DNA from: Bdellovibrionales bacterium
Lineage (GTDB): Bacteria; Bdellovibrionota; Bdellovibrionia; Bdellovibrionales; JAUICD01
Direction of reading: 5' to 3'
NCBI GenBank assembly: GCA_965262715.1
Contig: OZ253553.1
Location: 1,152,001 to 1,216,000 of the forward strand
Length of the DNA stretch: 64,000 nucleotides
Shown: positions 31,780 through 41,253 of the stretch, one piece after another
How positions within the stretch are numbered: the first letter of the stretch is position 1
Layout: every line of letters begins with the position of its first letter
Translations under genes and position numbers: made by a program
Notes under the pieces: model-generated
Database searches by the model: none
Told to the model about the DNA's origin: nothing
The model's input: only the letters and a program-made list of their open reading frames with translations

Positions 31780-32409
31780 TTAAAGGCCGTTCTTTATATT
31801 TATCATGTATTTTCCAGTAGGTTTAGGTGCAACTTGACCTATACCCATCTCCCAATGATCTTCTTGTGCTCCTCCTAAATTACCAACTGCAATAATAATA
31901 AACTTAGGTGCGAATTTATCTGTGTTGTCTATCTTTGCTTCTGTAGGAATTGTGAATGTTCCAGTAGATAAATAAGTACAATCATCTGAAGTATTACAAA
32001 AGTCTTCAGTGTTTATCATGGTATTAGCATTACTTGGATTGCTTGGAACTGGCGGACCATCATAATCTGATAAATTGGTAGGTAATGTATTGCCTTGTAC
32101 CCAATTACCCGGATCTTTTGTAACTAAAGCATTGAAGCCTGTTTTATATTGAACGTCACCACTTGGTGAAAAGCCTAATTGTATAAAGTTTGATGTTGAA
32201 TATCCCCATTCAGAATTAAAAGCTATACTTGAAGTGTATATACCACCTAATATTAACTTAGGTTCAATTTGTCTGGCCTTCCTTTGATACCTTTGGTAGT
32301 TAGGTATGGCAATACTAGTTAGTATACCTATGATGACAACTACAACCATTATCTCAGTGAGTGAAAATCCTTTTTGATTGAATCTATTTTTTACTTTTTT
32401 CATAAGCAT
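31780..32409 (-). CDS. Type IVa pilin
   Basis: KGFSLTEIMVVVVIIGILTSIAIPNY prepilin cleavage/methylation motif. Confidence 0.9.
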   Translation of the reverse strand: MLMKKVKNRFNQKGFSLTEIMVVVVIIGILTSIAIPNYQRYQRKARQIEPKLILGGIYTSSIAFNSEWGYSTSNFIQLGFSPSGDVQYKTGFNALVTKDPGNWVQGNTLPTNLSDYDGPPVPSNPSNANTMINTEDFCNTSDDCTYLSTGTFTIPTEAKIDNTDKFAPKFIIIAVGNLGGAQEDHWEMGIGQVAPKPTGKYMINIKNGL

Positions 32410-32422
32410 CTACCTGTTTTAA

Positions 32423-32887
32423 TCATAAAGAGGCTATCACTTTGCCACAGAATATATTAAATAATTGGTTGTCTATTGCTTTACATTTAAGCGGTTGATC
32501 GTTTTCTAAAGTGACTTTTAAAGAGCAATTATAAACTCTATACTGCTTAAATTTGTATTTACTCGATAGATTGTTACAGACCTTCAAAATTTCTTTACCT
32601 CTAAGTAGAGCACATGATTTTTGACATATATTAATAAAGGTTGCATTGTCTCCTATGGTATTTGCTTTTTCTATATAGTCTGTATTTGGTCTATAATTGG
32701 CATAGAAGTAATATTGTGCAGCTTCAGTATCTTGCTTAAGATGTGTGGATAAAAACTTCTGATTTGCCTCCTGTGTATCTTTATAAAATTTAAGCCTTGC
32801 ATTGTTTACAAGTAATCCTAGTAAACCAATAATAACAATTGCTAGTAAGTAAAGTAATCTTCTAGGACTTGTTTTCTTTAGTTTCAT
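32423..32887 (-). CDS. Hypothetical membrane-anchored Cys-containing protein
   Basis: N-terminal TM helix, six Cys. Confidence 0.65.
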   Translation of the reverse strand: MKLKKTSPRRLLYLLAIVIIGLLGLLVNNARLKFYKDTQEANQKFLSTHLKQDTEAAQYYFYANYRPNTDYIEKANTIGDNATFINICQKSCALLRGKEILKVCNNLSSKYKFKQYRVYNCSLKVTLENDQPLKCKAIDNQLFNIFCGKVIASL

Positions 32888-32931
32888 TTTTTATTTCCTC
32901 AATAAGATCAAGAATAGAATCTCGTAGTTAT

Positions 32932-33192
32932 CTATTCTTTCCCCTTCTGAGTTATTTCCCATATACTTGCGTTTTTCTCGCTTAACAACTTCTTTACCTT
33001 TTCTTCTTTTTCTAATAGTCGTAATATGCTGTATGTTATCCAATTCTCATGTTCTATGTTATGGGCCCCTGTTTTTTGACTTATCTCCGCTTGTTTAAGA
33101 GGCTTTCCCTCATTCTCTAAAACACGCAATATAGCAATTTTTAGTAACTTTTCAGCAATATCAACAAGGTCCCTACTTAAATTCGACATCAT
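32932..33192 (-). CDS. Winged-helix DNA-binding protein
   Basis: AILRVL..PLKQAEIS..ITYSILRLLEKEEKV..WEIT. Confidence 0.6.
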   Translation of the reverse strand: MMSNLSRDLVDIAEKLLKIAILRVLENEGKPLKQAEISQKTGAHNIEHENWITYSILRLLEKEEKVKKLLSEKNASIWEITQKGKE

Positions 33193-33339
33193 CTCACTCC
33201 TTTATTTTTCAATGTTATAATTCATTGCGTGTCATACCTTTTTACCTGTTTCATGTTTCACTTCTATTTGTTTTAAGAAACCCACGCTGTGTGAAAGGGA
33301 ATAGCCTTTAAAACAATGTGGGTAATTTAACGATTTAAT

Positions 33340-33579
33340 TTATAAACTCACTGGTTTTAATGCTTTATGTCCCTGATATTTATCTTCACAAGCTCTTATT
33401 TTCTTTTCTAGAAAATTCATTCTTTTACTTAAATGCATATCCGTCCTAGCTTGAATGCTTGACAATGCATATAGATGTGAAAAAACTTTCATGCCTAAAA
33501 TACTTCCTATGCCTAAAGAGATAGTGACAGCGATGACAAGCTCTAATAAATAAACTCTTTTAAATTTTAAGCTTGTCAT
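33340..33579 (-). CDS. Small single-TM protein
   Basis: 79 aa, AGGGG RBS, hydrophobic N-terminus. Confidence 0.55.
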   Translation of the reverse strand: MTSLKFKRVYLLELVIAVTISLGIGSILGMKVFSHLYALSSIQARTDMHLSKRMNFLEKKIRACEDKYQGHKALKPVSL

Positions 33580-33604
33580 AAAAATCCCCTTTAATTAAAA
33601 AAAT

Positions 33605-33634
33605 AAAGCCCATGTGGTTTAAGACATGGGTTTT
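33605..33634 (-). terminator. Intrinsic terminator after pilin 1
   Basis: CCCATGT..ACATGGG hairpin followed by a T-rich tract on the minus strand. Confidence 0.65.
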
Positions 33635-33639
33635 TTATA

Positions 33640-34428
33640 TTAATCAACACCATTTTTAAGATTAATTAAATTTTTTGATTCATCCATGATCCATTGATCA
33701 TCTTGAGTGCCACCAATATTCCCTATTGAACCAATAGTAAAAGTAACCGTGTTTCTAGCAACATTGTTAACACCAGGCCCACTTATACCACATCCTGCAG
33801 CTGCTACTCCAGAAGGGTTTATTTTAGATGGTAGACAAGCCGGAGGAGTAGTACCTAAGGTTAAAGCACATTTTGTGTTAGCATTACCCGGCGCTTTACA
33901 TCCACCCTTAATTGTGTCTGCTTTTAGTACCACACCCTTAACATTCTTAGATGCCCCTAAAGGAACTGTGCAACCTGGAGAATTACTTCCAACAAATGTA
34001 CTAATACTACCAGGATCAGTTACTGTACAAACATGAAAAGTAGTAATATCAGCGGGAATAGATGCCTTTGGACCTGTATAACCAGGAGGTCTAGCCAGAA
34101 GATTTATATCTATACCAGCCGTACCATTGGTCCCAGTCGCACTATCAAATCCTGTTAAATACTGAATTTGACCACCTGGAGTAAATCCAATTTGTAATAA
34201 ATTCGGTGAACCTAAACCATACTCTGCTATAAAAGTTGTCTCTGCTGTGTATATACTAGCTAGCATTGTCTTTGGTTCTGTCTGCCTCGCTCTACGCTGA
34301 AACTTTTGATAATTTGGTATTGCAATCGCAGCTAAGATACCTATGATCGCCACCACAACCATCAACTCAACTAATGAAAACCCTTTTTGGTTTTTCATTT
34401 TATTATATTTTCTTAAAAACTTTTTCAT
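33640..34428 (-). CDS. pilA: Type IVa major pilin-like protein
   Basis: KGFSLVELMVVVAIIGILAAIAIPNYQ; own terminator. Confidence 0.85.
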   Translation of the reverse strand: MKKFLRKYNKMKNQKGFSLVELMVVVAIIGILAAIAIPNYQKFQRRARQTEPKTMLASIYTAETTFIAEYGLGSPNLLQIGFTPGGQIQYLTGFDSATGTNGTAGIDINLLARPPGYTGPKASIPADITTFHVCTVTDPGSISTFVGSNSPGCTVPLGASKNVKGVVLKADTIKGGCKAPGNANTKCALTLGTTPPACLPSKINPSGVAAAGCGISGPGVNNVARNTVTFTIGSIGNIGGTQDDQWIMDESKNLINLKNGVD

Positions 34429-34611
34429 GATAAGAACCCCCTATTTCATAAAAAATAAATATTGTCTAAAATAATAAATTTAAATTTCCTCTACCTTTTT
34501 TCTCTTCATCTATCTCTAGCTGCTTAAAAATTTGAAAGAAAATATGACCAAAAATATCAAAAATGTAAGTCTTCAAAGACACATCAAAAGACCAGATTCT
34601 AACTCAACTGG

Positions 34612-34774
34612 ACTGTAACTTACGTACATAAGTTACAGTGGTGCACCCTTAAAATCATTGATGTTTTTGGTCATTTTCCCTACCAATGACCATCAATGAA
34701 AAACCCTTTCAATTAACCATATCGGTATTTATTTCAATAACTTAATACTGTAACTTATGTACGTAAGTTACAGT
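34612..34774. repeat. Two 28-bp 11-6-11 palindromic sites in inverted orientation
   Basis: ACTGTAACTTA-CGTACA-TAAGTTACAGT (34612-34639) and its exact reverse complement (34747-34774). Confidence 0.9.
34719..34745 (-). promoter_or_regulatory. Candidate sigma-28 promoter facing pilA
   Basis: TTAA-N15-ACCGATAT versus consensus TAAA-N15-GCCGATAA. Confidence 0.5.
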
Positions 34775-34928
34775 GCTAAGTAGTTGAAATCATTGAAGTA
34801 CTAGACTGTCTAGTCTAGTATTAAGACAACATTTAAGTTGAGAAATTTATAAAGTTGTTGCGAATTGATAAAATGTTTGTATCTAACCAAAACAACTTCT
34901 TATATTTTCATTTTAGCGAAAGAAAAAC

Positions 34929-35097
34929 GCAAGGAAGTTTTCCTTAACATTATGTTAAATAAGAAGAGGTATCTGCCTTACTAAAAATAAATAGATTTTT
35001 GAGACAATGAGTATTTTATGAGAGTATTAGCCGTCATGCTCATTGTCCAAAAATGGCCAGAGGCTCGCCTCGAGAGGCCAGTTTATTTTTAGTGAAA
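34929..35097 (+). ncRNA. Putative structured element, divergent copy A
   Basis: Shared leader; closing stem ACTAAAAATAAAT/GTTTATTTTTAGT; inner GACAATGAGTAT/ATGCTCATTGTC. Confidence 0.5.
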
Positions 35098-35361
35098 GCA
35101 ATTGCAGATTGATAAAACATCTGTCTCTCAACAGAACAACTTCCTCTATTTGTATCTTAATAGAATTAAAATACAACAAAAGATACCTTTAAAATAGCTA
35201 GTATATAGTAGAATAAAGTATTTTATATAATTCTGTCTCCTGAAGCATTGGCGAGAGGTCAATCAGAAGTCTGCCATAACTCTAAATTACTATCTTAGGC
35301 TAAGTTCAAATAGTAGACATGGAAATGGTTTAATTACTTTTGGATCAGCCCATGGACCGGG

Positions 35362-35410
35362 GGTGGATTCAATTCGTAAGTGCAACTCTTTTGTATTTAT
35401 AGATATTTTT
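35362..35410. mobile_element. Isolated IS30-type terminal repeat
   Basis: GGTGGATTCAATTCGTAAGTGCAACTCTTTTGTATTTATAGATATTTTT. Confidence 0.7.
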
Positions 35411-35497
35411 AAGTGCATGTTGATATTAGACTTTGTAGCATTAAAAATGCTCTGCTATCTCTCTTTGAGGGTTATTATTTAAATACTTCTTGGTAGG

Positions 35498-35923
35498 TTA
35501 AGCGGCTGTGTCAAAGTGCGACTCTATATTTAGAGATCTTAATAATTCTTGTAAAGTATTAAGTGACAAGTTTGTTTTTAAAGAAGCTTCTAATTTAGCA
35601 TAAGTTTGTTGAGTTATGCCAAGTTTTTTTGCAATTTGAGTTTGAGATAGCCTTTTTTGTTTTCTTTTTCTTTTCAAAACAATGGCTAATGATATTTGAA
35701 AATCAACCATTATTGGATAAAAATTCTTGCCCTTTCTCTGCTTAGGATAAGGGATATTAAGATTACGGTCACAACAGGAAGCCAACCATCCGTTGAGGGC
35801 TTCCGATGCATTCTCCTTTGCTTTAGTAAGAGTTTTTCCTTCAGTAAAACACCCTTCAAGTTCAGGAAAGTCAACAAGGTATGATTTATCTTTTTGTTGA
35901 GTGATACGAGTAAAATATTTCAT
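35498..35923 (-). CDS. hicB: HicB antitoxin with C-terminal HTH
   Basis: YLVDFPELEGCFTEGKT..A..A.EAL; LSQTQIAKKLGITQQTYAKLE. Confidence 0.9.
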   Translation of the reverse strand: MKYFTRITQQKDKSYLVDFPELEGCFTEGKTLTKAKENASEALNGWLASCCDRNLNIPYPKQRKGKNFYPIMVDFQISLAIVLKRKRKQKRLSQTQIAKKLGITQQTYAKLEASLKTNLSLNTLQELLRSLNIESHFDTAA

Positions 35924-36141
35924 TTCTTTTTAATCCCTATTTTTTTTAAATCTTTCTTTTTAATCTCCGCTTCTTTTAAAATTTTGCTTTCTAATCCCTT
36001 ACCTAAGGATTTATTTCCATGGACAGGTACAGGGATTGTTTTCTTCCCTTTTGCCATAATATGGTGACTTCCTCTAGTTCTTACATGTTTCCAGTCACAT
36101 TTCTTTAACAATGCGACAATAATTCTTCCGGCTAAAGGCAT
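35920..36141 (-). CDS. hicA: HicA toxin
   Basis: RTRGSHH..PVPVHGNKSLGKG...IL. Confidence 0.9.
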   Translation of the reverse strand: MPLAGRIIVALLKKCDWKHVRTRGSHHIMAKGKKTIPVPVHGNKSLGKGLESKILKEAEIKKKDLKKIGIKKK

Positions 36142-36241
36142 ATTTTTATATTACAAGTTTTAATCTATATTGTCAAATATGGAACAGCAAGTATCCAAAT
36201 AGATGAATTATCTCAGAATATCTGTTACTGAGAGTTTAATA

Positions 36242-36945
36242 ATGAATAGAAAAAAATAAGTCATAAAGAAATTAAAAGACTAGTGTCAAAGGTTGTTGTT
36301 GATTGTAAAAAATTAGCAGATAACTATGTTAAAAATTGGAACCCTGTAAATAAAAAATGGCCAACAATTGAAGGAGCAGTTTATTTAAGACTTTCTGATG
36401 ACACACAAGTAGCCGTAGAACATGGATCATTGGAACAACAAATTCACATTGCCATACACGAACTACTTCTAAACATATTAAAGAAAGCAATCACTCTGCT
36501 TTAATAACATCCGGCAAGTTTAATAGTGACTTTCCATTATTGGGATTTGATATCATTAAAAATGAACATGGAGAAAGTACTGGGGTTTATAAACCAAATC
36601 GTAAGGAATTAAAGCAAGTTGAATGGATTATGAAATCTTTTCTTCATACTGATAAGTACAAAACATTGCTTAATTACTGTAAGGAAAGGAATATCAAAAA
36701 CAAAAAAAATAAAGAGCAAGAATTGATGAAAGAAAGAGATCAACTCTAGTTACTTCAAAAACAGCTTTCTAATGTACAAAGCTTTGATTTTAATGAGAAA
36801 TATCTTAAAAATATAGTCAAAGCTCTTAATTATATTCATAAAAATGACCTGGTTTCTCTTAGATCTGTCTATCATAATCTATTTCAAAAGATCATTGTTC
36901 AACCTCTGGATGAATCAAAAATACAGCTTAAATTTGTCTTCAAAG
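36242..36945 (+). pseudogene. Internally deleted large serine recombinase
   Basis: AVYLRLS..GSLEQQ catalytic start, LGFD..ELKQVEWI recombinase domain, C-terminal LRSVYHNLFQKIIV..IQLKFVFK in separate frames. Confidence 0.75.
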
Positions 36946-37101
36946 TGAGCCACTTCCATCTCGACATGCTGCTATTAAACCTTGCTTGATTCCATGGCTA
37001 TGAGCTGTTCCAAAAGTTACAAGACCATTGCCAGATAAATCTAGGATAGATTGAACAGCTGCTGCATCACGTGGTGAAATTAACGATAAAATATTATTAT
37101 T

Positions 37102-38439
37102 CGTAACTTCAAATCGCAAGTGCAACTCTTTTGTGTTTATAGATATTTTTAAAAGTTGTATCACTTTAGGATTAATATTCCAACAAAGTTTTAATTATCA
37201 TGAAAGATTATAGTAAATTATTTAATTTGAATGAATGTATTTTGATGTTTATGGCAAAGTCTCGTAGTCCTCGAGCTAAAGCTCTGCGGAAGAACGATCC
37301 TTTGCCATAAACATCAAGCTGTCAAATAAGCATTTTCAGAAGTTATTATATATAAGTAAAATTAAATGGATAAACTATGAATAACTTCAGCAAACCATCT
37401 TTTGTCTATGAAACTCATTAGGAGTTAGAAAACCTAAACTCTTTCGAGGGCGATGGTTTAAAAGAGACTCAACCTTTTTTACATCCTTAGAGGTGACTTC
37501 TCTAAAATCTGTCTTCTTTGGAAAATACTGACGGATTAAACCATTCGTGTTCTCATTTAAACCTCTCTGATATGAACTGTAAGGATGTGCAAAATAAACT
37601 TTACATCCAGTATATTCACTGATCTTCTCATGACACGAAAACTCTTTACCATTATCCAAAGTCATTGTATGAACAACCTCTCCTTTAAGAGCTTTAGAAA
37701 TAGCATGAAAAACTGCCTCAGATCTCTTAGATTCTATTTTGACAATCCTCGTCTTCTTAGAACATCTATCTACCAGCGTGACTAAAGCTCCTTTATGATG
37801 TCTACCTATCATTAGATCACCTTCCCAGTCTCCTATCCGAAGCTTCTTATCTACTATCTTAGGCCTTTTATCAATGCTCACTCTATTCTTTATCTGACCC
37901 CTTTTATCAAATCTACTTGTACCATATCGCTTCTTGCGTTGCCTCTGACATCTTAAAAATTTGTAGAGATCTCCTCCTGATTGCTTATCTCCAAGAATAT
38001 GCTGATAAATACTCTCATGACTTATAGACAAACCTTCTCGTTTAAGAAAACCGGATATCTGTTCCGGACTCAAACGATCACGAAGAAACCTCTCAAGCTT
38101 ATTAATGACTTTTTGTGTTATCTTTATATGTCTATGAGAGTTTTGAAGACGATCGACTGCTTTTTCATGGGCTTGTTGAGGACGATAACCTCGCAAGCCT
38201 TTGTTACGATTCAATTCCCTATATATGGTGCTTTTATCTCGACCTACCTGAGTAGCAATTGAACTTATTGATTTTCCACTTTGCAAAAAAGCTAAAATCT
38301 GGTATCTCTCATGTTGGGTTAGATGAGTGTAATTGCTCATGGAATACTCCTTTCATTATTTAAAGAGATTGATTAGAGTATTCCTCTAACCCGCTTTAAA
38401 TAACTATGCAAGGAGTTGCACTTGCAACTTGAATCCACC
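37102..38439 (-). mobile_element. Complete IS30-family element, 1338 bp, 3-bp target duplication (ATT)
   Basis: IRs GGTGGATTCAAGTTGCAAGTGCAACTC / CGTAACTTCAAATCGCAAGTGCAACTC; ATT at 37099-37101 and 38440-38442. Confidence 0.9.
37387..38340 (-). CDS. IS30-family DDE transposase
   Basis: HTH STIYREL.RN, GDWEGD, DNGKEF, RGLNENTNGLIRQYFPK, RPRKSLG. Confidence 0.95.
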   Translation of the reverse strand: MSNYTHLTQHERYQILAFLQSGKSISSIATQVGRDKSTIYRELNRNKGLRGYRPQQAHEKAVDRLQNSHRHIKITQKVINKLERFLRDRLSPEQISGFLKREGLSISHESIYQHILGDKQSGGDLYKFLRCQRQRKKRYGTSRFDKRGQIKNRVSIDKRPKIVDKKLRIGDWEGDLMIGRHHKGALVTLVDRCSKKTRIVKIESKRSEAVFHAISKALKGEVVHTMTLDNGKEFSCHEKISEYTGCKVYFAHPYSSYQRGLNENTNGLIRQYFPKKTDFREVTSKDVKKVESLLNHRPRKSLGFLTPNEFHRQKMVC

Positions 38440-39278
38440 ATTTACTCTTATCAACCTTCTCATGTTTAGACGAGTTATAGTAGGACCTTTTGGAAATCCA
38501 AGATTATCCAGAAAGCTTTCAAATTCACTCTCTGAAATCAGAAGACTTCTAATATTCATATCTTCCATAAAAGATAAAGTTGCTGAATATTGAGCATCTG
38601 TAACGTAAGCGTCTTTCCTAATAAGTCCTCTCAAATACTTAAATTGGCTTATATTATCAATTGTTTCTTTTTTCAAATCCTCATCATCTAATGGAAATAT
38701 TCCAACCCTATGAAAATCTTCTGGATGAGTTACTCGAGCAATGGCATAAGCCTCAAACACAAGAAAAAGTAATGGATCTGTTTTATTGGAACTTCATTCT
38801 GATGATTGATTCAAATTTGTGTTTACCCTATCTCGAGCTCTTAAATAACGATCATTTGCATTATCAATATCAGCAGTATCCGTTTCAATATGCTCAATGT
38901 CAATCCAGTCTATCTTTCCAGATTTAGCCAGTTCTGTGATTTTTTGAGCATCAGATTGCTCAGAGACAATCGTCCCTTGATAGTCTTCAAGCAATTGATT
39001 TAAATAAGCCGCAGTCTCTTCTGTTTCATAATTTCTTTCAAAAACATCCACAACTTCATTAGGCTCAATAGTTAGATGTTCTGTAAATAAAGTATATACT
39101 TGCCGATCACCTATCTGAATGACTTCAACACCTTCAATGTCTGAGTTAGAAAAAATACAAGCTTCTGTCTGAGCAAGCACTGACTGATAACTCAACAAAC
39201 TCACCATATAAAAATTTCCTAGAACTCATAGTAAATACCTCCTTTATCTTGCATGCTGTATAATATTACAAATTATAA

Positions 39279-39293
39279 GCAATATACATACCA
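39279..39293 (-). promoter_or_regulatory. Candidate sigma-54 promoter
   Basis: TGGTATGTATATTGC (GG-N10-GC) ~50 bp upstream of the 39229 start. Confidence 0.5.
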
Positions 39294-39375
39294 AGTAAAT
39301 GAATGTAATAATTTTCTTAAACAAATATGATCTTATAAGTTTATAATACCTTAAGGTGCCATGAACCATAATTAC

Positions 39376-39490
39376 TTCAAAAGATCATTGTCCAACCTCT
39401 GGATGAATTAGAAATACAGCTTAAATTTGTCTTCAAAGAAGACCCTTCAATCTCTCGCATGTATGAAGACTTTTATTGTATATCGAGAAA
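39376..39490 (+). pseudogene. C-terminal stump of a large serine recombinase
   Basis: Repeats 36883-36945; continuation matches 9480-9545 and 53078-53132. Confidence 0.7.
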
Positions 39491-39499
39491 GCTAAAAAA

Positions 39500-39745
39500 A
39501 ATATTTCCTTAACATTATGTAAAAAAAGAAGAGTATCTGTCTACTCAAAATAAACAGATGGCAAGGATAAAGTTTCCCTAACATTGTGTTAAGAAATAAG
39601 GATATCCTCCCTACTAAAATGCATTAGGCTTTCTAGGCAGTAAGCTATTTGCCGACAGCGTAAGCCTGTCGGGCTTACTGCCAGAAAGTGACCAGAGGTC
39701 AGATGCATTTTAGGGAAACAGAAGGCTGGTTTATTTTGAGTGAGA
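39500..39745 (+). ncRNA. Two nested copies of the putative structured element
   Basis: Outer stem 39543-39555/39729-39741; inner complete copy ~39561-39718. Confidence 0.55.
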
Positions 39746-40192
39746 TTGGTGGACGCTGGCCTTCTATGGGCAAAAAACGTACTCAAACAGAAATATCTCA
39801 AAAATTACCTCTCAATAAGAGAAATTGCAAAGAAATTTTCGTGCTCAAAAACCAAAATCAGAGACCTGCTTTTAAAATACGAAATCCCATTAAGAAAACC
39901 TTCAAAATACCATCAAGGATATGATAGTCGCACTTATGGTAAGAAAAAGGTGAATGGTAAAACAGTAGATCACAAAAGAGAATTAAAAACCATTGAAACC
40001 ATCAAAGAGCTTTATCTCAAAGATATCAATCCGAATATGATAGCTAAAGTATTAAGCACTATGAAAATACCCACTAAACAGCAAAAAACAAGCTGGCATC
40101 ATCATACAATTATCAATCTTCTTAAAAGAGAAGGTCTTTATAAGCAAGAAAAAACCAACAAGTTAGGAGGGAATAATGGAAACATTTATTAA
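39740..40192 (+). CDS. HTH + recombinase-DNA-binding-domain protein (paralog of 9545..10030)
   Basis: High identity to 9545..10030 with an N-terminal deletion. Confidence 0.7.
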   Translation: MRLVDAGLLWAKNVLKQKYLKNYLSIREIAKKFSCSKTKIRDLLLKYEIPLRKPSKYHQGYDSRTYGKKKVNGKTVDHKRELKTIETIKELYLKDINPNMIAKVLSTMKIPTKQQKTSWHHHTIINLLKREGLYKQEKTNKLGGNNGNIY

Positions 40193-40352
40193 ATTTATTA
40201 TTATAAATACATCATTGATATTTGGATCAGGTTATTGTGCTAAGGAGCTTTTATTCAAAGTTGAAAAACTAGCTACTAATAGGATAGAAAAAGGGCTTTC
40301 ATCATCAGAGCAATTTGCTAGAAAACTCACTAACACAAGATTATCTTTCTGA
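40176..40352 (+). CDS. 58-aa small protein (METFIK family)
   Basis: Manual translation; AGGAGG RBS; paralog of 13167..13340. Confidence 0.7.
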   Translation: METFIKFIIINTSLIFGSGYCAKELLFKVEKLATNRIEKGLSSSEQFARKLTNTRLSF

Positions 40353-40554
40353 TGATTTAAAAAATAAGAATGGCACTTATTATAATAATAAATAGAGATA
40401 GATTTGGGTTTTTATTAACTTGTATAGTGTTTTAAAAGCTCTTGTATTTTTTATATATCTTGGAAAAGTTATCGATACTATTTAATAGTTTTAAAAATTC
40501 ATTATTCATGCCCTTAACTAAGCCAATCAATACATACACATACATTAAACAGAG

Positions 40555-41253
40555 TTGGATATGCCTAAAAGACGGGACATTCGTTTTGTCTCTAAAGTTC
40601 CATCTTGTCGGTATATATTGACAAATACCTACATTTTGGAACATTATTATTCTATGGAGAGCCAGAGCCAAATAATCATAGATCTTGCTCATTCCCGTGG
40701 GCTTATCCGTCCTCGAGACCTTACTGAGCGTGGATTGCCTCGTGTTATTCTCACTCGTCTAGTACGTCAAGGGTTACTCATTCGAGTGGGAAGGGGCCTT
40801 TATGCTTTACCCAATAGACCTGTGACAGAAAATATGTCTTTAGCTGAAGTTTCTCGTAAATATCCACAAGGTATAATATGCTTGTTGTCAGCATTACGTG
40901 TACATGAACTAACCACCCAATCCCCGTTTAAAGTTTGGTTAGCTATTCCTAACAAAGCCAGATCTCCAAAAATGGAATATCCACCTCTACATATTGTGCG
41001 TTTTTCTGGAGCAGCTCTCATTGAAGGTATTGATGAACATCAGATTGAGAGTGTTTCTGTACGTATTACCAACATCGCTCGTACAGTAGCTGATTGTTTC
41101 AAGTACAGAAATAAAATTGGCCTTGATGTTGCGCTTGAGGCTTTAGAAGAAGCATGGAATAGTAAACGCACTAATATGGATGAACTTTGGCATTATGCCT
41201 CAGTATGTCGAGTAGCTAATATTATGCGTCCTTACTTAGAGAGTCTAACATGA
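40555..41253 (+). CDS. abiEi: Type IV TA antitoxin AbiEi family (start likely 40654)
   Basis: L.RVGRGLY, CLLSAL..HELTTQ.P, RTVADCFKYRNKIGLDVALEAL. Confidence 0.9.
   Translation: MDMPKRRDIRFVSKVPSCRYILTNTYILEHYYSMESQSQIIIDLAHSRGLIRPRDLTERGLPRVILTRLVRQGLLIRVGRGLYALPNRPVTENMSLAEVSRKYPQGIICLLSALRVHELTTQSPFKVWLAIPNKARSPKMEYPPLHIVRFSGAALIEGIDEHQIESVSVRITNIARTVADCFKYRNKIGLDVALEALEEAWNSKRTNMDELWHYASVCRVANIMRPYLESLT

Larger units (their letters stand above)
36940..39229 (-). pseudogene. Secreted protein gene broken by a frameshift and by the IS30 insertion
   Basis: Signal peptide MSSRKFLYMVSLL..VLAQ; removing the IS and one TSD copy restores ..IRVNNNILSLISPRD in frame. Confidence 0.65.

Noticed and set aside
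33707..34036. Antisense and nested ORFs such as this one inside pilA, and those inside hsd, R-M, IS30 and transporter genes
   Set aside because: Shadows of well-supported genes with no motifs of their own
34933..34960. dif site (exact XerD-like arm TTATGTTAAAT)
   Set aside because: No XerC-like arm at 6-bp spacing; the motif belongs to the leader hairpin of the repeated element
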